A stretch of 64,000 nucleotides of DNA from Candidatus Omnitrophota bacterium (GTDB lineage: Bacteria; Omnitrophota; Gorgyraeia; JAFGHF01), in assembly GCA_020341815.1 (NCBI GenBank), contig CP070837.1:628211-692210 (forward strand). Direction: 5' to 3'. A program made the translations under genes and the position numbers. This document shows positions 36,636 to 46,734 of the stretch, one piece after another (the first letter of the stretch is position 1; each line of letters opens with the position of its first letter). The notes under the pieces were generated by a model that was not told the DNA's origin, ran no database searches, and saw only the letters and a list, made by a program, of their open reading frames with translations.

Positions 36636-37429
36636 AATGCCCCTCTTAGCCTGCCTGCGAACTCAGCCACCTTTGAGACTAAGTCTTTATGACCTAAATT
36701 TCTCTCTATAACCTTGATAATTGCGCTGCCCACGATTACCCCGTCAGCTACCGCTGCCGCCTCAGCGGCCTGCTGAGGGCTGGAAATCCCAAAACCCACA
36801 CAGACAGGCTTGGCGGTAATCCTTTTTATCTGACGCAGCCGTCTTTTTAATTCTTCAGGCAGGGTCTTTCTCACGCCCGTGGTTCCGGTTAAAGAAACAT
36901 AATAGATAAAACCGGAAGAGGCCGAGCAAATTTGTCTTATCCGTTTTGCCTCTGTTGTCGGGGCAAGTAAAAATATGGTGGCCAGCTTACCCTTTCGGGC
37001 CTCTTTAATCAACTCCCTGGCCTCTTCCACCGGCAAGTCCGGAACTATTACCCCGTCCACGCCCGCAAGCCTGGCCTGCTTAACGAAATTTTTAATACCG
37101 AAGCGGTAAATAATATTATAATAGGTCAAAAGCGCAATGGGCATCTCAGATTTCTCCCTTACTCTCTTGACCAAGCCAAACACAGAAGCCAAGTTTACCT
37201 TGTTTTTTAAGGCGCGGCCAGAGGCCGCCTGGATAACGGGCCCATCGGCTAAGGGATCGGAAAAAGGCACACCCAATTCCAGTATATCTGTGCCGCCTCT
37301 ATCAAACTCCAGGGCAAGCTGATAAGTTGTGGTTAAATTAGGATCGCCGCAGGTGATAAAACTGATTAAGGCCTTTTTCTTTTGCCGACGCAATTCCTTA
37401 AACTTCTTATCAATCCTGTTCATCCGCAT
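36632..37429 (-). CDS. trpA: tryptophan synthase alpha chain
   Basis: Translation and position 3' of trpB. Confidence 0.9.
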   Translation of the reverse strand: MRMNRIDKKFKELRRQKKKALISFITCGDPNLTTTYQLALEFDRGGTDILELGVPFSDPLADGPVIQAASGRALKNKVNLASVFGLVKRVREKSEMPIALLTYYNIIYRFGIKNFVKQARLAGVDGVIVPDLPVEEARELIKEARKGKLATIFLLAPTTEAKRIRQICSASSGFIYYVSLTGTTGVRKTLPEELKRRLRQIKRITAKPVCVGFGISSPQQAAEAAAVADGVIVGSAIIKVIERNLGHKDLVSKVAEFAGRLRGAL

Positions 37430-37431
37430 AA

Positions 37432-38619
37432 TTAATCCTTAATTTTTAATACGTCTTTGACAATATCTATATCCTTATCCCCGCGCCCGGAAAGACAAAC
37501 AATAACGATTTTATTCTTTCCCAACCGGGGGGCAATCTTGCGCAGATAGGCTATTGCATGCGCCGACTCAAGCGCCGGGATAATCCCCTCAATCTCCGAA
37601 AGCAGGCTAAAGCCCTCCAGGGCCTCATCGTCCGAAACAGCCGCGTATCTTGCGCGCCCTATCCTTTTATAATAAGCGTGCTCCGGCCCCACACCCGGAT
37701 AGTCAAGCCCGGCGGCAATCGAGTGGGCGATATTTATCTGTCCGTCTTTATCCTGCAGAAGATAACTTTTACTGCCGTGCAAAACTCCCAAATCTCCTTT
37801 GACTAAAGTGGCGGCGTGTTTGCCTGAAGACAGGCCCAGCCCCTCTGCCTCCACGCCGATAAACTTTACTCTCCTATTTTTAAAGAAGGGATGAAAAAGG
37901 CCGATAGAGTTTGAGCCCCCGCCGACACAGGCAAGGAGATAATCGGGAAGCCTCTTCTCCTCTTTGAAAATCTGCCTCTTGGCCTCTTTTCCGATAACGC
38001 ATTGAAAGTCTCTGACCATTAAGGGATAAGGATGCGGCCCCACCACCGAGCCGATAATATAATGGGTATCGCGCACATTGGTCACCCAGTCCCGAATGGC
38101 CTCGTTACAGGCATCTTTTAAGGTTTTTGAACCGGACTCTACCGGAATTACCCGCGCCCCTAATAATTTCATCCGAAAGACATTTAAGGCCTGGCGGTGG
38201 ATATCCTCTGTACCCATATAGACATCGCACTGCAGGCCAAATAAGGAAGCCACAGTAGCCGTAGCCACGCCGTGCTGGCCGGCGCCGGTCTCGGCAATTA
38301 TTCTGGGTTTTTTCATCCGCACTGCTAACAGGGCCTGGCCCAAAGTATTATTTATCTTGTGCGCTCCTGTGTGCAGAAGGTCTTCCCGTTTAAGATAAAC
38401 CTTTATGCCGCTTAATTTCTTACTTAATCGTTGGGCAAAATATAAAGGTGTAGGCCGGCCCGCATATTGCCCCAGATAATGCCTCAACTCCTGATTAAAT
38501 TTTTTATCAGCACGGGCCCTGGAATATTCTTTTTCCAGCTCTCTCAAGGCGCTCATCAAGGTCTCGGGCACAAACTTTCCCCCAAACTCACCAAAATATC
38601 CTTTTTTATTGGGTATCAT
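37432..38619 (-). CDS. trpB: tryptophan synthase beta chain
   Basis: PLP enzyme; HTGAHKINN motif. Confidence 0.95.
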   Translation of the reverse strand: MIPNKKGYFGEFGGKFVPETLMSALRELEKEYSRARADKKFNQELRHYLGQYAGRPTPLYFAQRLSKKLSGIKVYLKREDLLHTGAHKINNTLGQALLAVRMKKPRIIAETGAGQHGVATATVASLFGLQCDVYMGTEDIHRQALNVFRMKLLGARVIPVESGSKTLKDACNEAIRDWVTNVRDTHYIIGSVVGPHPYPLMVRDFQCVIGKEAKRQIFKEEKRLPDYLLACVGGGSNSIGLFHPFFKNRRVKFIGVEAEGLGLSSGKHAATLVKGDLGVLHGSKSYLLQDKDGQINIAHSIAAGLDYPGVGPEHAYYKRIGRARYAAVSDDEALEGFSLLSEIEGIIPALESAHAIAYLRKIAPRLGKNKIVIVCLSGRGDKDIDIVKDVLKIKD

Positions 38620-39239
38620 CCGACCTTCCTTACTTTATTGATAAATTCCCTCATCAGTTCTATATTCTTTTTTCTCGGTGAACTTTCCACGCCGCTGGCC
38701 ACATCTACGGCAAAAGGCCTTACCTTTTTTATGGCCTCACCGACATTATCCGGATTAAGCCCGCCGGCCAAGAATATCGGCCGGCCCAATTCTTTAACCT
38801 TAAGGGCCAAATCCCAGTTAAAGGTCTGGCCTGTTCCGCCAATCTCTCCTTCCACAAAGGCATCCAATAGATAATAATCGACGTCATATTGAGGAATGCG
38901 AGCAATGCTTTCCTCATCCTTCATCCTGAAGCCTTTGATAATTTCGGCTTTGCCCTTAAACTCATGGCAATATTCAGGTGTTTCCTCTCCGTGAAATTGC
39001 AAAACATCCAACTTGCAAATCTCTAAAACCTTATTTACCGTCTTGGGTTCCTCGTCGGCAAACAGGCCCACTTTTTTGATGTAAGGCGGAACTGCCTCGG
39101 ATATCTCTTTTGCCTTTTCCAGGCTTATCTTTCTCTTCGAGACCCTGGCAAATATCATACCGAAGTAATCTGCGCCTAAATTGGCTACCCAGATGGCATC
39201 TTCCTTATTGGTTATGCCGCAGATTTTAATCTTTGTCAT
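38616..39239 (-). CDS. trpF: phosphoribosylanthranilate isomerase
   Basis: [15 protein letters not shown]. Confidence 0.9.
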   Translation of the reverse strand: MTKIKICGITNKEDAIWVANLGADYFGMIFARVSKRKISLEKAKEISEAVPPYIKKVGLFADEEPKTVNKVLEICKLDVLQFHGEETPEYCHEFKGKAEIIKGFRMKDEESIARIPQYDVDYYLLDAFVEGEIGGTGQTFNWDLALKVKELGRPIFLAGGLNPDNVGEAIKKVRPFAVDVASGVESSPRKKNIELMREFINKVRKVG

Positions 39240-40008
39240 GCATTAACTCCCGAACCTTAGCCCCGATATTTGCGCTGCGCATAAACGCCTCACCTATCAA
39301 CACGGCATTTACTCCTAAACCCTGCAAATATTTTACATCTTGCCTGTTTCTAATTGCGCTTTCACTAATAACTATTTTACCTTTGGGGATTTTCTTCATT
39401 AAACGTTCTGTTGTCTTCAAATCTTCATTAAATGTATCCAAGTCGCGATTATTTATTCCGATAATTGAGGCCCCAGAGGTCAAAACTTTATCCAAATCTT
39501 CCTCATTATGCACTTCGCAAAGCGCATCCAGTTTAAGCCGGGCACATAAAGCGCAAAACTTTTTTAATTGTTCATCACTCAATAAGCGGGCAATCAAAAG
39601 AACACCATCGGCACCTGCGCAAACAGATTCATAAATCTGATATTCATCGATGATAAAATCCTTGCGCAAGATAGGTAAATCTACCGCCTTGCGTACAGAT
39701 TGAAGAAAACTTAAATTCCCCTGAAAAAACTTTTTATCCGTAAGGATGGATAAAGCGCAGGCGCCTGAAGCCGCATATGATTTGGCTATCTCAACCGGAT
39801 TAAAATCCTTGCGCAATAAGCCCTTGGAGGGAGAGGCCTTTTTTATCTCGGCAATTAAATTAAGCTTGCCTGCCTGAGAAATTGCTTTTTTAAAACCCCG
39901 CAGCCCGCCAACCGAAGAGGCCTTCTTAGTCAATTCTGCTAAAGAAACCTTTCTTTTGGCTTCTTCAACTTCCCTTTTCTTTTCCTCAATAATCTGATTG
40001 AGAATCAT
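39226..40008 (-). CDS. trpC: indole-3-glycerol-phosphate synthase
   Basis: Translation and trp-operon context. Confidence 0.9.
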   Translation of the reverse strand: MILNQIIEEKKREVEEAKRKVSLAELTKKASSVGGLRGFKKAISQAGKLNLIAEIKKASPSKGLLRKDFNPVEIAKSYAASGACALSILTDKKFFQGNLSFLQSVRKAVDLPILRKDFIIDEYQIYESVCAGADGVLLIARLLSDEQLKKFCALCARLKLDALCEVHNEEDLDKVLTSGASIIGINNRDLDTFNEDLKTTERLMKKIPKGKIVISESAIRNRQDVKYLQGLGVNAVLIGEAFMRSANIGAKVRELMHDKD

Positions 40009-40016
40009 CTTTTTAT

Positions 40017-40394
40017 CTATTTCAATTGCTTTAATATTTTTTCTATAGCTGACAAATAGTCTTTTTTAATTCTTTCAAAAATCTTTTCTGTAGTCTCTTT
40101 GTCATATATATGCGTAGTCTTATTTCTATCTTCCAGCATATTAAGGAATACGTCTTCTTCTTTTATCCAGCCAATACGAAAAGCCTCTTTCAGGCTTTCC
40201 TTGGGCGTCTTTACCGTTATTCCATTTTCGCGTAAAAATATCTTTAAGGTTTTCCAGAGCAGTTCGAAAGTAAACTCAAATCTCTGAATTACCCCATCCT
40301 TTTCCAATTCTTCTTTAGCGCTTTTTACGCCTTCCTTCAACTTAATAAAGGCGTCTTGAAGCTTTTTAAGGCTATAGCTTATGTCTTCTTTCAT
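40017..40394 (-). CDS. hepT: HEPN-domain toxin (HepT / nucleotidyltransferase substrate-binding protein, HI0074 family)
   Basis: Family signature FTFELLWKTLKIFL...R...TTH (Rx4-6H region). Start uncertain (40394, 40421 or 40439). Confidence 0.7.
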   Translation of the reverse strand: MKEDISYSLKKLQDAFIKLKEGVKSAKEELEKDGVIQRFEFTFELLWKTLKIFLRENGITVKTPKESLKEAFRIGWIKEEDVFLNMLEDRNKTTHIYDKETTEKIFERIKKDYLSAIEKILKQLK

Positions 40395-40680
40395 ATACCA
40401 CCTTTCCCGTCTTGAGAACATTTTTCTTAAATTCTGCATCTACCGACTTCAGGTACGCTATATCTACTTTATATAACCCGCTTATCTTCTCTATCTCTTC
40501 ATTTATTCTTCTTTCTTGAGAGACATCCGGTCTTTTACAATCCACAGCCAAATCAAAATCAGCCGCATTATCATTTATTCCCTTTGCCCTTGAACCAAAA
40601 AGTATAATTTTTGCGGGATTAAGCTCTTTTTTCAGAATCGCTACTACTTTATTTAATATTTCCTTTTCCCGGTTTTTCAT
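40372..40680 (-). CDS. mntA: minimal nucleotidyltransferase antitoxin (MntA)
   Basis: ILFGSRAKGINDNAADFDLAVD (GS...D.D) nucleotidyltransferase motif. Confidence 0.75.
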   Translation of the reverse strand: MKNREKEILNKVVAILKKELNPAKIILFGSRAKGINDNAADFDLAVDCKRPDVSQERRINEEIEKISGLYKVDIAYLKSVDAEFKKNVLKTGKVVYERRHKL

Positions 40681-40686
40681 AATGAA

Positions 40687-41697
40687 TTAGCCGTTGGTAA
40701 ACTCTTTCAAAAGTTCAAGCTTTTCTAAAGCGGCTCCGGAATCGATAGAAGTTGCCGCCTTAATTACACCTTCTTTTATGGAAGCGGCCTTGTCTGCCGC
40801 GTAAATGGCGCATCCGGCATTAAGTAATACGATACTCCGGCGCATATCCCCCTTGCCTCTCAAAATATCATAAGCTATTTTTGCATTAAAGGCGGCGTCG
40901 CCCCCTTTTAAGTCTTCTCGTGAAGTCCTGCTTAGAGCGAATTGCCCGGGCTTTATTTTATAATTTTTAATTCTGCCGTCTTTAAGTTCGGAGATTAAGG
41001 TTTTACTCACGGTAGTTACCTCATCCAGGCCGTCTTCTCCGTGGACAACGAGCGCGTGTTTGGTCCCTAAGTTTTTTAAGACTCTGGCCAAGGTCTCCGT
41101 CAGGCCTTTGTCATATACGCCCAGAAGCTGATTACTTGCTGATGCAGGATTGGTCAGGGGCCCCAGGATATTAAAGATTGTCCTGATGCCCATTTCGCGG
41201 CGCACGGGCGTTGCGTATTTCATTGCCGGATGCAGAAGCGGGGCATATAAAAATGCAAAGCCTATTTCCTCCAGGCACTTTTCTATTTTTTCCGGGGCAA
41301 TATCTATTTTTACACCCAGCGCCATCAATAAATCCGCGCTTCCGCATTTACTGGAGACGGACCTGTTGCCGTGCTTGGCAACCTTTACCCCCGCGCCGGA
41401 GGCAACCAGGGCGCTGATTGTGGAAACATTAAAAGTGCCTGATGAGTCCCCTCCTGTGCCGCAGGTATCCAAAAGAAAAGTCTCTCTGGATTTTATCTTG
41501 GTTACATGCCGGCGCATAACCTGGGCTGCGCAGGTAATCTCATCCACCGTCTCGCCCTTCATACGCAGGCCCAAAAGATATGCGGCAATCTGGGCGGCTG
41601 AGGCCTGTCCCGACATAATCTCTTCCATTGCCCCGGTCATTGTCTCTTGTGATAAATCTTTCTTTTCTGCTAATCGGCTAATCGCCTCTCTAATCAT
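40687..41697 (-). CDS. trpD: anthranilate phosphoribosyltransferase
   Basis: Translation. Confidence 0.9.
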   Translation of the reverse strand: MIREAISRLAEKKDLSQETMTGAMEEIMSGQASAAQIAAYLLGLRMKGETVDEITCAAQVMRRHVTKIKSRETFLLDTCGTGGDSSGTFNVSTISALVASGAGVKVAKHGNRSVSSKCGSADLLMALGVKIDIAPEKIEKCLEEIGFAFLYAPLLHPAMKYATPVRREMGIRTIFNILGPLTNPASASNQLLGVYDKGLTETLARVLKNLGTKHALVVHGEDGLDEVTTVSKTLISELKDGRIKNYKIKPGQFALSRTSREDLKGGDAAFNAKIAYDILRGKGDMRRSIVLLNAGCAIYAADKAASIKEGVIKAATSIDSGAALEKLELLKEFTNG

Positions 41698-42263
41698 TTT
41701 TTCACCTTGGTAAAATTTTTCAAAATATTTTTACCTTCACCGGTTAAGATTGACTCAGGATGAAATTGCAATCCCCATACGGAAAAATCATGATGCTTTA
41801 GACCCATAATCTCTTCTTCTTTGGTATGGGCGATTATTTCCAAACAGCGCGGCAGGCCCTTTCTCTGCACCATGAGGGAATGATATCGCGTGGCCACAAA
41901 AGGATTTCTTATCCCTTTAAAGATACCCTTGCCTGTATGATAAATAAGCGAGGTCTTGCCGTGCATCAGGCGCTTTGCGCGGATAATCTTACCCCCAAAG
42001 ACCTGGGCAATACACTGATGGCCCAGGCATATTCCTAAAATGGGGATTTGTCCTGAAAATCTCTGAATGAGCGCGCAGGAAATCCCCGCATCCTTCGGCC
42101 TTCCCGGGCCGGGCGAAATTACTATTTTTTCAGGCTTAAGGTCAGCTATCTGACGCAAGGAAATCTTATCATTCCTGAAGACCTGCACTTTTTCACCCAG
42201 CTCTCCCAGATACTGCAGAAGATTATAAGTGAAAGAATCATAGTTATCAATTAATAAAATCAA
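41694..42263 (-). CDS. trpG: anthranilate synthase component II (glutamine amidotransferase)
   Basis: GICLGHQ catalytic Cys, and H in GLQFHPE. Confidence 0.9.
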   Translation of the reverse strand: MILLIDNYDSFTYNLLQYLGELGEKVQVFRNDKISLRQIADLKPEKIVISPGPGRPKDAGISCALIQRFSGQIPILGICLGHQCIAQVFGGKIIRAKRLMHGKTSLIYHTGKGIFKGIRNPFVATRYHSLMVQRKGLPRCLEIIAHTKEEEIMGLKHHDFSVWGLQFHPESILTGEGKNILKNFTKVKK

Positions 42264-43756
42264 GCGAGGTCTCCCCCTCTTTCGGCCAATTTAATGGCGG
42301 CAATCTGCGCCTTGGCCTTATTCTTTGTTTCTTCATATTCTCTTCGCGGCACCGAATCCGCTACTATGCCGGCTCCTGCCTGTATATATGCGGTTTTATT
42401 CCTGGTGACGATAGTGCGAATGGTAATACAGGAATCCAGATTTCCGGAAAAACTAAAATAACCCACCAGTCCCGCATAAGGCCCGCGCCGTGCATTCTCC
42501 AGCTCATCAATAATTTCCATTGCCCGCACCTTGGGGGCGCCGCTAACCGTGCCTGCGGGAAATGAGGCCTCGATTAATCCATAGATGTCTTTGTCCTTGC
42601 GCAATTTCCCCCTTACTTCACTGACAATATGCATCACATGGGAATATTTTTCAATAACCATAAGCTCGCTGATCTTGACGCTGCCAAATTTAGCCACCCG
42701 TCCGATATCATTGCGGCCTAAATCCACCAGCATTATGTGTTCGGCAAGCTCTTTTGGATCGGCTAACAACTGATTAATAAGCCTCTCGTCTTCGGCCTCG
42801 TCCTTACCGCGGGGGCGCGTGCCGGCAATGGGCCGCACTGCAATTTCTCCTTCTTCGCAACGGACAAAAAGCTCAGGGGAAGAACCTATCAGGCAGAAGT
42901 CTTTTAACTTTAGATAAAACATATATGGGGAAGGATTGATCGAACGCAGCGCCCGATAGATATCGAAAGAGGGGCAATGAAACTTAACGGAAAATCTCTG
43001 TGAGAGAACCGCCTGAATAATCTCACCCTGCCTGATATAATCCTTGGCCTTTTTGACAATAGCGGAAAATTCTTTTCGGCTTAGATTTGATTTTATCTTG
43101 CTCTTTGCCTTGCGATGAGCGCTTAAGCGCAGGGATTTACCCAAAGGTTTCTTTAGCTTTGCGGCGATTCCTTCAATCCTTGCAATTGCCTCCTGATAAA
43201 TCTTAGCCAGTTGGGCCTTGCTCTTTTTTCCCTTCAGATAAACATTATTGACGATTTTGATTACCCGATTACTGTGGTCAAAGATTAAAATAGTATCGGT
43301 AAGCATAAACAGGCAGTCCGGAAGCTTTAAGTCATCGGGATTTTTATCATCGATCTCTTCAAAAAATCTGACCATATCATAACCCATAAAACCTACCAGC
43401 CCTCCGCAAAATCTGGGCAGACCTTCTGATTTTACAAATCTATATTTGCTCATCAGTTTTCTAATCTCACCTAAGGGGTCGGCCGATTTAAACTTTCGGG
43501 ATCGGCCGTGTTCGGTAATTTCAATCTCTTTGCCTTTGCTGCGGAAAACCAGCGCCGGCTCCGAACCCAAAAATGAATAGCGCGCCACAAACTCAGGACC
43601 TTCCACCGATTCTAAAAGATAGGCGTAATCTCTTTCGTTAATCTTTAAGAACGCCGAGGCCGGGGTCTCGATATCGGCTAAGATTTCCTTATAGACCGGA
43701 ATGAGATTCCCTTTACGCGCCTTTTTGATAAACTCATCTTTTGAAGGATAATACAT
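42260..43756 (-). CDS. trpE: anthranilate synthase component I
   Basis: Translation. Confidence 0.9.
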   Translation of the reverse strand: MYYPSKDEFIKKARKGNLIPVYKEILADIETPASAFLKINERDYAYLLESVEGPEFVARYSFLGSEPALVFRSKGKEIEITEHGRSRKFKSADPLGEIRKLMSKYRFVKSEGLPRFCGGLVGFMGYDMVRFFEEIDDKNPDDLKLPDCLFMLTDTILIFDHSNRVIKIVNNVYLKGKKSKAQLAKIYQEAIARIEGIAAKLKKPLGKSLRLSAHRKAKSKIKSNLSRKEFSAIVKKAKDYIRQGEIIQAVLSQRFSVKFHCPSFDIYRALRSINPSPYMFYLKLKDFCLIGSSPELFVRCEEGEIAVRPIAGTRPRGKDEAEDERLINQLLADPKELAEHIMLVDLGRNDIGRVAKFGSVKISELMVIEKYSHVMHIVSEVRGKLRKDKDIYGLIEASFPAGTVSGAPKVRAMEIIDELENARRGPYAGLVGYFSFSGNLDSCITIRTIVTRNKTAYIQAGAGIVADSVPRREYEETKNKAKAQIAAIKLAERGGDLA

Positions 43757-43762
43757 TTTTAC

Positions 43763-44152
43763 CTAATATACTTTTTTGGGATCAAATATCTTTTTGCCTA
43801 CCACCTTAAGCGATCCCTCTCTTGCATCCATTTTGCGATAAAAGCAGGTGTAATATCCCGTGTGGCAGGCCGCTTTTACCTGTTTGACCTGAACCAGCAG
43901 GGTATCGGCATCGCAATCCAAAAAGATACTGCGCACACTCTGGATATGCCCTGAAGTCTCGCCCTTTAACCAAAGCTTCTTGCGTGAGCGGCTATAAAAG
44001 TAAGTCTTTCCGCTTTCCAAAGTTTTTATTAATGCCTGGCGGTTCATATAGGCCATCATCAGGACCTGTTTTGTTTCTGCATCCTGAATAATTGCCGGGA
44101 TAAGCCCGCGCTCATCGAACTTAATCTCTTTTATCAATGCCTCAATCTTCAC
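43763..44152 (-). CDS. hisI: phosphoribosyl-AMP cyclohydrolase
   Basis: Translation. Confidence 0.85.
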   Translation of the reverse strand: MKIEALIKEIKFDERGLIPAIIQDAETKQVLMMAYMNRQALIKTLESGKTYFYSRSRKKLWLKGETSGHIQSVRSIFLDCDADTLLVQVKQVKAACHTGYYTCFYRKMDAREGSLKVVGKKIFDPKKVY

Positions 44153-44879
44153 TCTTTTCCTCCGCTATTCTTTTGGCCTCAGATAAGGAAATCCTATTTT
44201 CATACAGGGCCTTGCCGATAATTATTCCCAAGAGCCCCTGCTTCTCCAAAGATTTAAGCTTCCTTACGTCTTCCAGGGAAGAGACGCCTCCGGAATAAAT
44301 TATAGAGGCGCCGGTTTTCTCCAAAACTCTTTTAATCCCTTCTATATTGATGCCGGCTAAAGCGCCATCCCGCGAAATATCGGTATAAACAAAAGTTCCT
44401 ATTCCTGCCTCTTGCAATTCTTTAATCAACTCCACATCTGTCTTTGCCGAAGTCTTCATCCAGCCGCAGGTAGCCACTTTAGTATTTCTGACATCAATAC
44501 TGACAATAATCTTACCCTTAAACTCAGCCGCCACCTTTCTTGTAAAATCAAGGTCTTCACAGCCGCGGGTGCCCAAAATCGCCCAGTTTGCACCGGCAGC
44601 TATCACTGAAGCAATATCTTTACTTCTGCGCAATCCCCCGCCGAACTCTACAGGCAAATCAACGGCCTCAATTATCCGGCGTAAGGCCTTGATATTTTTT
44701 ACCTCGCCGTGCATAGCGCCGTCCAAATCTATGACATGCAAACGAGTCGCACCCTGCGTCTGCCAGCTTTTTGCCGCCTCGGCAGGCGCCTGCGAATAAA
44801 CCGTAACGTCTTCGTATTTTCCTCTTGTAAGGCGAACCACCTTACCATCTTTGAGGTCAATTGCGGGGATAATCAGCAT
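44142..44879 (-). CDS. hisA: ProFAR isomerase
   Basis: MLIIPAIDLKDGKVVRL. Confidence 0.9.
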   Translation of the reverse strand: MLIIPAIDLKDGKVVRLTRGKYEDVTVYSQAPAEAAKSWQTQGATRLHVIDLDGAMHGEVKNIKALRRIIEAVDLPVEFGGGLRRSKDIASVIAAGANWAILGTRGCEDLDFTRKVAAEFKGKIIVSIDVRNTKVATCGWMKTSAKTDVELIKELQEAGIGTFVYTDISRDGALAGINIEGIKRVLEKTGASIIYSGGVSSLEDVRKLKSLEKQGLLGIIIGKALYENRISLSEAKRIAEEKSED

Positions 44880-45494
44880 CTATATTCGTCCTTTGGTGGA
44901 AGGAACTCCTTTTTTGCGGGGGTCGATCTCTGTTGCCTCATCCAGGGCGCATGCCGCTGCCTTAAAGATTGCCTCCAGCAGGTGATGCATATCGGAACCG
45001 GCCTCCAGAACAGAAATATGTATTGTAATGGGAAAATTATTCACCAGGGCCTGAAAAAACTGGCGCGCATATTCAAGGTTATATCCTCCCTGGACATCTT
45101 TTTCGGAAATTGCCTTCTCCGACTTGATATTATTGAAGAAAGGCCTGCCGCTTACATCCACCACTGCCCTTACCTGCACCAGGGCCTCATCCATAGGCAC
45201 GCTCTTCTCCCCGAATCGGCGGATACTCATCCTTTTACCTAAGGCCTTATTAAAGGCTTGCCCTAAGCAGATACCGATATCCTCATTGGTGTGGTGGATA
45301 TCCACTTCTAAATCACCTTTTGCCTTAATCTCCAAATCAAACAGGCCGTGCTTGGCAAACAACTCCAGCATATGGTTTAGGAAGTTGATTCCGGTATCAA
45401 TCTTGGACTTACCCACGCCGTCAATGTTTAAGGTAATCTGAATATCGGTTTCGCTGGTCTTTCTCTTTACCTTTGCAATTCTGGCCTTAGCCAT
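44880..45494 (-). CDS. hisB: imidazoleglycerol-phosphate dehydratase
   Basis: Translation. Confidence 0.9.
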   Translation of the reverse strand: MAKARIAKVKRKTSETDIQITLNIDGVGKSKIDTGINFLNHMLELFAKHGLFDLEIKAKGDLEVDIHHTNEDIGICLGQAFNKALGKRMSIRRFGEKSVPMDEALVQVRAVVDVSGRPFFNNIKSEKAISEKDVQGGYNLEYARQFFQALVNNFPITIHISVLEAGSDMHHLLEAIFKAAACALDEATEIDPRKKGVPSTKGRI

Positions 45495-45513
45495 TTAGTT
45501 ATCTCCTGAAATT

Positions 45514-46734
45514 TTATTCAAACCTTACCTTTATTGACTGGATATGTTTATCCAGCCTTTCCAGCTCCGCTATTTTCTCAATGGGCCCTCTTAATTTCTC
45601 CAGGGCCTTTTTGGTATAGGAAATCACATGCGACCTTTTCATGAAATCATTTATGGAAAGCCCTGAAGAAAATCGCGCCGTGCCGGCAGTAGGCAAAACA
45701 TGGCTGGGGCCGGCGGCATAATCCCCTAAGGCCACAGGCGAATACGGCCCTAAAAATATCGCTCCGGCATTTTTTATTCTTTTCAAAATCTTGCGCGGGT
45801 TCTTGACCATAATCTCCAGATGTTCCGGGGCAATGCGATTAACTATCTCTGCGGCCTCATCGAGATTTTTTGCCAGTATAATGTAACCATCACTTACGCG
45901 TTTTTTCATCGCCTGGGCCAATCTCTTGGAAGTAGTTACCAAAATAGCCAGACCCGCCAAGTGCTCAAGCTGGGCCTCCAGATCACAGGCTATAAAATCA
46001 GGGTGGCTAAAATCATTTGCCAGGATTACGATTTCGCTGGGGCCGGCTAACATATCTACATCTACGTATCCGAATACCTGTCTTTTGGCCTCGCTGACAT
46101 ATACGTTTCCCGGCCCCACTATCTTATCTACGCGAGGCAGGCTCTTTGTGCCAAAGGCCAAAGCGGCAATTGCCTGGGCGCCTCCTACTTTGTATATCTT
46201 ATCTACTTTCAGCAGATTTGCCACCACTAAAATATAAGGGTCAACCGTCCCGTATTTATTGGGAGGGGCAGTTAGAATGATCTCTTTCACTCCTGCAATC
46301 TTTGCCGGTATCACCGTCATATATACGGTGGAAATCAGGGGCACGGTTCCTGCGGGAACATATATCCCTACCTTCTCAAGCGGAGTAATCTTCTCACCCA
46401 AACTTGTCCCTTCTTCTCCCTTAATCTTCCAGGAGCGTTTTAATTGTCTGGTGTAAAACTTGCTTACGTTATCGATGATAGTCTTTAAGGTAGAGACAAA
46501 CTGCGGATTAATATTCTGATAAGCCGCGGATATCTCGGTCTCGCTCACCCTCAGATGGCGGGCGCTTAATTTGACGCGGTCAAACTTTCTGGTGTATTTT
46601 AATACAGCCTCATCCCCTGAGGTGCGCACGTCTTCAATTATTCTCCTTACCTTTTCCTGAACTCTCTTTTTGGAACTTATATCCCGCTCTAATATCTTCT
46701 GCATCTTGCGGCCTGCGGCCTTAATTACCTTCAT
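45514..46734 (-). CDS. hisD: histidinol dehydrogenase
   Basis: Translation. Confidence 0.9.
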   Translation of the reverse strand: MKVIKAAGRKMQKILERDISSKKRVQEKVRRIIEDVRTSGDEAVLKYTRKFDRVKLSARHLRVSETEISAAYQNINPQFVSTLKTIIDNVSKFYTRQLKRSWKIKGEEGTSLGEKITPLEKVGIYVPAGTVPLISTVYMTVIPAKIAGVKEIILTAPPNKYGTVDPYILVVANLLKVDKIYKVGGAQAIAALAFGTKSLPRVDKIVGPGNVYVSEAKRQVFGYVDVDMLAGPSEIVILANDFSHPDFIACDLEAQLEHLAGLAILVTTSKRLAQAMKKRVSDGYIILAKNLDEAAEIVNRIAPEHLEIMVKNPRKILKRIKNAGAIFLGPYSPVALGDYAAGPSHVLPTAGTARFSSGLSINDFMKRSHVISYTKKALEKLRGPIEKIAELERLDKHIQSIKVRFE

